From NCBI GenBank assembly GCA_964199315.1, contig OZ116700.1, positions 10,788,001-10,852,000 of the forward strand: a stretch of DNA of 64,000 bases, written 5' to 3'. The notes below the pieces were generated by a model. It made no database searches, had not been told where the DNA came from, and saw nothing but the letters and a program-made list of their open reading frames with translations. Numbering within the stretch: position 1 is the first letter of the stretch; each line of letters begins with the position of its first letter. The translations under genes and the position numbers were made by a program. This stretch comes from Orbicella franksi. Its lineage: Eukaryota. This document shows, piece after piece, positions 57,301 to 64,000 of this stretch.

Positions 57301-59702
57301 AAACTTGGTCCTTACTTTGAATCTCTGAGGCATCAATTGGAGACCTGCAGTGAGAAAAAATGTAATGGCAGAGGGCGGTGTGTTGATAGAAGATTGATTT
57401 CGTCAAGGTGGGTATCTGACGAGCCAAGTTTGTATGGACGAACATGCAAAGGATCGCCCAAATTGTTTTCTCCGAGCATACGACAACACTCTGCAGTCCA
57501 CAAACAAAAAGGTACATGTAAATAAAAACTTTGCTCCATGTTTCAAATATGAATTTTAAAACCATCAACAAGCAAAACAAATTTATTTAACTGAAGTACA
57601 TGTTTATAAACTTCATCACAGCATTTTGTCTGGGAGATACACAGCAATCATGACTGTCTCTTTTCATTTTGTTTGTATTTTGATCTTTTTTTTTTTGTGG
57701 GTGTGCACTTTTTCCCTCTTTGTTTATGCATGTTGCAACCAAGGTTAAGCATGTTAATTTTTTCTATCTACTCAGCTTGTTTAGTTTTCAGAGTAGTTTC
57801 TATCTATTCAGCTTTAGTTTTTTCTTGTCTAATCAAGTTAATTGCCCTTATGCTGTTTTTTCTTTTCTTGTAAATCTGGCAAAATAAAATGGTTGGTTGT
57901 TGTTGTTGTCTCTGTATGAGAATGCATGTACCATACCAAATATTACCAGAATGAAATATTAAGTATTAATGAGAGAATGCTAATTGATAAAGTAGAGAGT
58001 GTTTTAGACTAACACTAAATATATATATCTCATTAACTGCATCATTCAACTTTTATCAGCATGTACTTAAGCAAGCTTAGAGTATACAAATCTCGTAAAA
58101 AATTGAGGTGGTGCAAATGGCTGAGGGTTGATGAAATTGGTGGTCGAATGACTGCCAAACTTTGAACTCTTGTCAACTAAAGTTCTCATTTGATTCGGTG
58201 TTTTGGCAAAAAAATTCTTTTCACAACTTTTTTCTAGCCCAGTGCATACCTGAAGCTTTATGTTTCCATTACATTTCAGATAACCAAGCAAATAAAAGAC
58301 ATCATAAACATGGATTGGACTCCAAACAAAGAACGTTTTTGATGAAAGAACTTGCACTTCTCAACGCTACAGGATCAAAGAAGATATTTCTCAATTCTCG
58401 GCCACGCAACTCTTCGAATGCTAAAGACTTTGTGGTTTTCATGTCCACCTCAGATTCAGCAGTGGAAGTAAACAAGGCTCCTCAAGAACAGAAGAATACT
58501 GAGGGGGGAGTAGTGGCTACCAGTGGGTTACACTACCATGACCAATATAGTGATAGGTAGGATAAATATATATGAGCAGTGGCGGATCTAGTGGAGAGAC
58601 CCCACTCCCTTTATTTTTGGTAAAAAAAGAAGAAAGCACAGAAGGAAGAAAAGCCGGCAGGCAAACAAAAAAAAACCACCCCCCCCCCCCCACCCCTTAG
58701 CTCAAGGTCTGGATCCGCCACTAATGAGTCCAATGTTAAGTCTACTCTTGGGGAAGTGCGATGGCTTGGAGATGGTATGTGTCCTGGATTCTGGATTGGG
58801 TGGTTTGGGTTTGAGGCTTTGCCAAAGTCATGGTGTTGTACTCTTAGGCAAGACATTTCGCTCCCACCGTGCCTCTCTCCACCCTGTTGTATAAATGGGT
58901 ACTGGCAAATTTAATACTAGGGGTAACACTGCAGTGGCCTAGTGTCCCATTCAGGGGGAGTAGAAATACTTCTAGTCGCTTCTTGCTACCGAAACCGGGG
59001 AAAACTGTGAGGATATGGGGCACTTTGGTGTGATGCAAACTTTACCTTGCACTCCGTACAGAGTGGCTCAGTCAAGTAGCTTCATGCAACGAAAACTGGA
59101 GTTAGTCTGATGCTAACAATCCATCAGTGTTGGAGCAAGAATTACCCATCGGTCTACAAGACCATATAATGAGACATACATACTTCACATAGCGATAGAG
59201 GAGTGTTGTGCATTGTTTCTTTTTTTGTTTTTTTGGCTTTCAGTTACACACCTTTCATCGCTGTACACCAATTAATTTCCTCGCGTATGAATAATGAGTC
59301 AAACGAAGTGAAAAAGACTTTAAGCGCCAATATTGTTACTCCATTTTCAACAGCTTTTTACAGAAAAGCTCTCCCTCTCAGATTCAAACTCTGTCTGATT
59401 TTGTTTTTTGTTTCATTAGTCCCAGTTTTACTCAAACAGCAGTCAAGGGAGCCCTGGCGCCAAATAAACTGAACATGCGCTGTAATGAATCTTCACCAGA
59501 GAATACGGACTGTGAGATCATGAAAGAGAGTCCCGCGGCTTACACCAGCAGCTTTCACTTCCCTCACACCTATGTGGTGTTCATTTGTGTGTCTCTTGCG
59601 TCAGCGCTCCTCGTGTCGTCAGCTTTCATTATGAGTTATTATTACTGCAACATTCGTAAGAGAGTGGAAGAAGATGAAGATATTCCACGCGGGGACGATT
59701 GA
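54370..59702 (+). CDS. HYAL: Hyaluronidase-family (GH56) enzyme with signal peptide and C-terminal transmembrane helix, 619 aa
   Basis: Exons 54370-54726, 55056-55421, 56408-56644, 57172-57511, 58280-58556, 59420-59702 (1860 nt, phases 0,0,0,1,2). Motifs RPFVAIWNAPT, QLGLYPYF, GLAIIDWEGWRPTW (catalytic D-W-E), RPKGLWGFYGFPDC, ALYPSVY, GAAGVVMWG and CSEKKCNGRGRC. Confidence 0.93.
56750..56965 (+). mobile_element. tRNA-derived SINE, degraded or 5'-deleted
   Basis: CTCTCTCCACC..TATAAATG..AAATTTAAT..GATGGAC..AGAAATACTCCTAG match the core of the 41917-42212 copy. Confidence 0.6.
58577..58722. mobile_element. hAT-like MITE
   Basis: TIRs CAGTGGCGGATCTAG ... CTGGATCCGCCACT; similar ATGAG sequence on both flanks. 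Confidence 0.75.
58750..59048 (+). mobile_element. tRNA-derived SINE, diverged full-length copy
   Basis: Head, then GTGCCTCTCTCCACCCTGTTGTATAAATGGGTACTGG core, GGGGGAGTAGAAATACTTCTAGTCGCTTC and a CTTTACCTT tail. Confidence 0.8.
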
Positions 59703-59857
59703 ACACTCACTGGATAACAAAATTGCTTTCGTGAAGGTGGAGAGCAAACAAGTTGAATTTGAATTAGTTGAAATGCAATGTTTGAAAATTAAAACGCGGA
59801 AAGAATAGCGCTAGCGGCGTCCACGACTGATCTCTCTTGGGGACAAGGATGACAGAT

Positions 59858-59893
59858 AAACAACAACAACAACAGCAGCAGCAGCTGCAGCAG
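59858..59893 (+). repeat. Compound (AAC)n(AGC)n microsatellite
   Basis: AAACAACAACAACAACAGCAGCAGCAGCTGCAGCAG, downstream of the hyaluronidase stop. Confidence 0.8.
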
Positions 59894-62800
59894 TGTGAAC
59901 AATTTTTATATCTACAACTTAATGGACTACCAAGGGGTCGAACAAAAAATCTGCTCAGATAAAAGGGTTTCCTACGAAAATGAATGACTGGCTTTCCTTT
60001 ACACCAAAAGAAAGGTCGTTAGAGGGGTTCTGTTGTTAAAACTGTACCACATAGAAAACTTAACAACCCCGCTTTAAGCGCTGTCTGTTACCCATCGACA
60101 AATGCCTGTGTCGTCTGTCCCCGTACTGACCAAGAGAGACATAAAACTACATTCAAATAACCGAATTTAGCGTAAAAGAATCTCTTGGCCCAATTCGACG
60201 TCAATTTTGACCTTTTCTTTCGCTGTGCTGTTTCTATAACAGTATATCTAGAGCATAGAGCACTCCGCGAAGTTCACGGTTGTGACATCCGTGAGCTTCG
60301 CCTAGAGAATTGATCCTGGTAACATAACATATTTATGGAACTGTCCGTGAAGTCTAGATGTGGTTACAGATTAGAGCTCATTAACAGTCACTTGCCAAGG
60401 TCACACATATCGAGTTCTATTTTTCTGTCCCCAGATCACTGCCTGAAACACGAGCTTTGCCTTTTAAGCCAAGCTCTTGGCTACACTTAGTTACGTAAGA
60501 GTCACGAAAATATATTAGAGAACATTTTTAACGCGGTAAATTATTTTCAAAGTGAAGGAAATAAGGTAGAAAAACACCAACGAGGTGGTAATAGATATTA
60601 CAGGTACGAGTTGTGAGATTGGAGAAGACAGAGATAGTTTTGTTTTGTTTTTTAAATTGTTTGCCTTGTGCGTTGGTAAGTGTTTTTCTTGGCCGGTCCG
60701 ACAGGCTGACCACGGCAGGGCCAGTGACAGTCGATATGAAGAATCATGTCGACATCTTTCTGTTAATGCCGGACAAGAAGGTATTTTATAAGTTAAGAAA
60801 AAAAAAAGCCCAGGTTTTGACAAAGTGACAAAATTCAGTTTAAGGGTGCAAGAGGACCCTTGTAGCGAAGCTTAGCAAAAATTTGGTTTGTCTCAAGATT
60901 GACAAGTTAGTACAGTGTCTGTTTGCGAGGTGAATTCTTTATCCTTTGAATCAGTGTGATCAGGAAGTATTTTCTCTTGGGAACTCGAAAACTCCGGATG
61001 CATCAAATTTAACTCTTTGAGCAAAACTTAATGCAGTGCATTTGACGCGTCAATGTCAGTTTAACAAACCTCTGTTGTTACCAAAACCTTTGTCTCAAAT
61101 AATCCCGAACGTAAAGCTTATTTACATGGTCACGTTAATGGCGGGTATTTTGTATCAAAAGTGATTAAAACTGCAAGTTGATTAACCTCTGTGTCGTTGC
61201 TGTTGTTTTTGTAGAAAGGGTAATATCATGCTATACCAGAGAAAAATAATATCATTCGCGTGGGTCAATGTTTACAGTGTTGGGCTTTACCAATAAGAAA
61301 ACAGGCGCGCGACCGACCGGCAGGGTATGTTACCACTATTTTTAGCAAATTTTCAAGTTTTATATTTATATCCTCGGCATTGAGCGATGGTTTAGTCGCC
61401 ACCTAGTTTATGGATGTTTAATTAGTGATTTTGTAGGAAAAAAAACCCGGGCCGTTTAGTTTTGTGCTTGGAAGTTAATTTTTCAACCCAGTACAATTTC
61501 AGCAAACCAGCGTCAATGTTCTGTTGCGGTATAAACTTTCTTGCGCTGGAATTTCAAACTTTTCTTTACTTAAAAGCCGGCTGAACATATACTTCGTTTG
61601 AAATTTAATGATGACGTTCTTTAATGTAATCAGCACTTTATCTCGGAAAGTGGTATTTAGTAGAACGCCGCCATTATTATTTGGCGTGGATACTGCTGAC
61701 TGGGACAAACTGCGCCTTTGGCAAAGAGTCTGTGCGAATTAGGGACGACACTGTGTCGAATCAAGCTACCGTAAATTGTAGATACTAACACAGTCCAACT
61801 TCTCCTTACAACACCTCATATGAGACATATAACACGGACACGTCCTATTTACCCCCTACCCCCACCCTCACCTGAAATTTTTGTGGTCTTTGATTTGAGA
61901 AGGAAACGGCCTGAGCGTCTTACGACTAGCTTAAGTCAAGAGAATATCTCTTGCTTAAGTCGATTAATATAACTGAGGGGTCCCAGTTTTGAACGGCAAG
62001 CAGTTAAAAAAATAAAGGAATTACAAAAACTGAAAGACTACAAATACAACTGAACTTAACCGCCAGTGATCCGTGGCAGAAGACACAGTACCGTCACGAA
62101 AACTGTCAGAAAACAAAGTCAACAAAACAGGGATTTTTATCCTTGTTAAGAAGCTGTAATGACAGCTTGACGCAGAACTAATGAAAAACTGTTCTTTAGT
62201 GCTTATGTGCGCTGATCTTCTTAATCTTTTTAGCAGGTGTCAGTTTTGTGACGTCGGTGATTCTAAACCGTTTAAACTAATAATACTAGATATCTAGAAG
62301 TTTCGTTAAAAGGTTGTCGGTAAATAATTGTTTTATCAAAATCCTGAACGTCAATAGAACGTAGAAATGTTCTTTTACAGGCGAAAAATCGGTGTTAAAA
62401 GATTTTACTAGTTTGTGATATTTTGCCCTGAAGTTCCTTGCACATTGCGTAAATTTCATTCGGGACAAAAATTCAGCTGGGAAAAGATAAGAAAGAGTTT
62501 CTGTCAGAGAAGGAAAAATTGCAATTATCTCTTTAATGGACCGTTGGCTAATCGTCTTTTAAAGTGAAATAAAAATCCTCTTTAGACGTCATTATTGGGC
62601 CCGAATTTCCCAAAACAAGGAGATCTAAATGTTTCTAACTTAAATTAGTTAAGTGCATGTAAACACGTAAAATGGCATGAAAATGACTGTATTTGTTATC
62701 ACTGAGTCAAAATTTTGTATGATTTTTAGGTGAAATGCTCGCTAAAAAGTGGTTTCTTTCTCATAATCTCCTTCCTTGCCCAGAAGGAATAACTTCATTA

Positions 62801-63247
62801 CCTTGTCCTCTCACCGCTCCAGGCACTGAGACCTTAAAACAATTTTGTGAGACAAAAAGCTGGACAGTCTTGATACTGAAGCAATAATATTTATTTTGGC
62901 TTGTCATCCTTCTCCCGAGAGAGAAGAATAAATAAACAACAACCGAGAAAGGCTGCACAATCTAGCCGACAACACGAAAGATAGTATTTAGTCTCTGGAA
63001 TGATAACATTTCGCTTTCAACGAGGATAAAGATTGTATCGACTGAGAAATTTGAGAAGATGTGCGGACATTATCACATTCTAGAGGGAGACTGGAACTAG
63101 ACTCGTTAAACCAAAATGGCGGCAGTGGGCGAAATATTTATATGAATCTTCATACGAGAGAAACATGTGGGGTTAATGTTGATAAACAGGATTTCAACTT
63201 TAATGAAGTCGAGGACGTGGAATCTCTTCCGATGAAGCATTTCGATA

Positions 63248-64000
63248 ATGCGTTTGGGACCGTTTTGTCTGCACAAACCTTCGCTGAAGTTATTTTTGGC
63301 CTGTAGTTTTACGTTCGTCCTAACTTTGTACGTGTTTTGGAATGGATGTGAAGTTCCTTCAAATAGCCCCACAAAGAAACTCGAACAGATAAGAGGTGTG
63401 CCACAAACAGTCTTAGATTGCTCTAAAGTAATTGCTAAAACAAGCAATGAAGAAGACGAGCAAAGCATAGGGACGGAATTAAATAAACCCGCAGACCGAA
63501 ACGTTTGCCCAAGCGACGAGCGAATTGACGTGGTGGTAAACGGCGAAAAGAAATTGGACGGGAGACTCGTGGGGAGCGAAGCGTTCGTTCCGTTTACTTT
63601 CGTAAAGGAGTATTTTGATATTTATGGCGAACTTCAAGAGGTAGATGGAAGAACTGTCTTGGATTGGCGGCATTCCTATTCAGAAGTTCATTCAATGAAA
63701 CCGGGAAGTGTTTACGAGACGAAAGGCCCGTTTCTCTGGTTTGAAACTTATCATGTCGAAGGTCGCACTCGAGTTAAATGCATTAGCGGTGTCGAAGAGG
63801 TGCCCGTTTCATCGCAGTGGTACTCAAAGGGACATTTTTATCCTATTCAAATCGCGCAATATGGTCTCTCGCACTACAATATATTACAAATCGAAGGTGA
63901 CTCGGATGGCAAGGAGAAAATCTTCGAAGATGCTGAAAGTGTCTCAGATGTCAACTGGAACTGGGTCGCGGCGAAGGGCGCACAGATGGTTAATGTGTTT
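63248..64000 (+). CDS. GLCE: Heparan sulfate D-glucuronyl C5-epimerase, 3'-partial (251 codons in window)
   Basis: ATG at 63248 follows an in-frame TGA at 63233-63235, and the frame is open to the window edge. It has a type II anchor LKLFLACSFTFVLTLYVFW and the family motifs FVPFTFVKEYFDIYG and RVKCISGVEEVPVSSQWYSKGHFYPIQIAQYGLSHY. Confidence 0.95.
   Translation, partial: MRLGPFCLHKPSLKLFLACSFTFVLTLYVFWNGCEVPSNSPTKKLEQIRGVPQTVLDCSKVIAKTSNEEDEQSIGTELNKPADRNVCPSDERIDVVVNGEKKLDGRLVGSEAFVPFTFVKEYFDIYGELQEVDGRTVLDWRHSYSEVHSMKPGSVYETKGPFLWFETYHVEGRTRVKCISGVEEVPVSSQWYSKGHFYPIQIAQYGLSHYNILQIEGDSDGKEKIFEDAESVSDVNWNWVAAKGAQMVNVF

Noticed and set aside
59685-59696. RGD integrin-binding motif in the hyaluronidase
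   Set aside because: It lies after the transmembrane helix, on the predicted cytosolic side.
60267-60307. Helitron 3' end (13-bp hairpin followed by CTAG)
   Set aside because: The hairpin abuts CTAG without the usual spacer, there is no T flank or identifiable 5' TC end, and only one copy is present.

Overview
Eukaryotic, intron-rich, AT-rich genomic DNA. The repeat families and gene style suggest a cnidarian, probably a stony coral (inference). I reconstructed four protein-coding genes by hand from GT-AG splice sites with consistent intron phases. (1) Minus strand, 17390 to beyond the left edge, at least 10 exons and at least 1140 aa: a SKAP/AFAP-type N-terminal helical (dimerization-like) segment, two PH domains, an F5/8 type C (discoidin) domain and a charged C-terminal region. 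(2) Plus strand, 30971-49506, 10 exons, 2509 aa: the same N-terminal segment, six PH domains (four in one 4.9-kb terminal exon), an acidic low-complexity tail of about 900 aa and a C-terminal DTRL motif. Genes 1 and 2 are divergently oriented relatives with an intron at the same position. (3) A GH56 hyaluronidase-like gene, 54370-59702, 6 exons, 619 aa, with a C-terminal transmembrane helix. (4) The 5' part of D-glucuronyl C5-epimerase (GLCE), from 63248 off the right edge; the ORF track misses it. Introns and intergenic DNA carry tRNA-derived SINEs (one nested in another), many MITEs, a foldback element and LINE 3' ends. I found no CRISPR, rRNA or true tRNA genes. The most interesting candidate system is the head-to-head pair of SKAP/AFAP-like scaffolds with unusual domain architectures. 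Family assignments rest on motif recall, not database searches.
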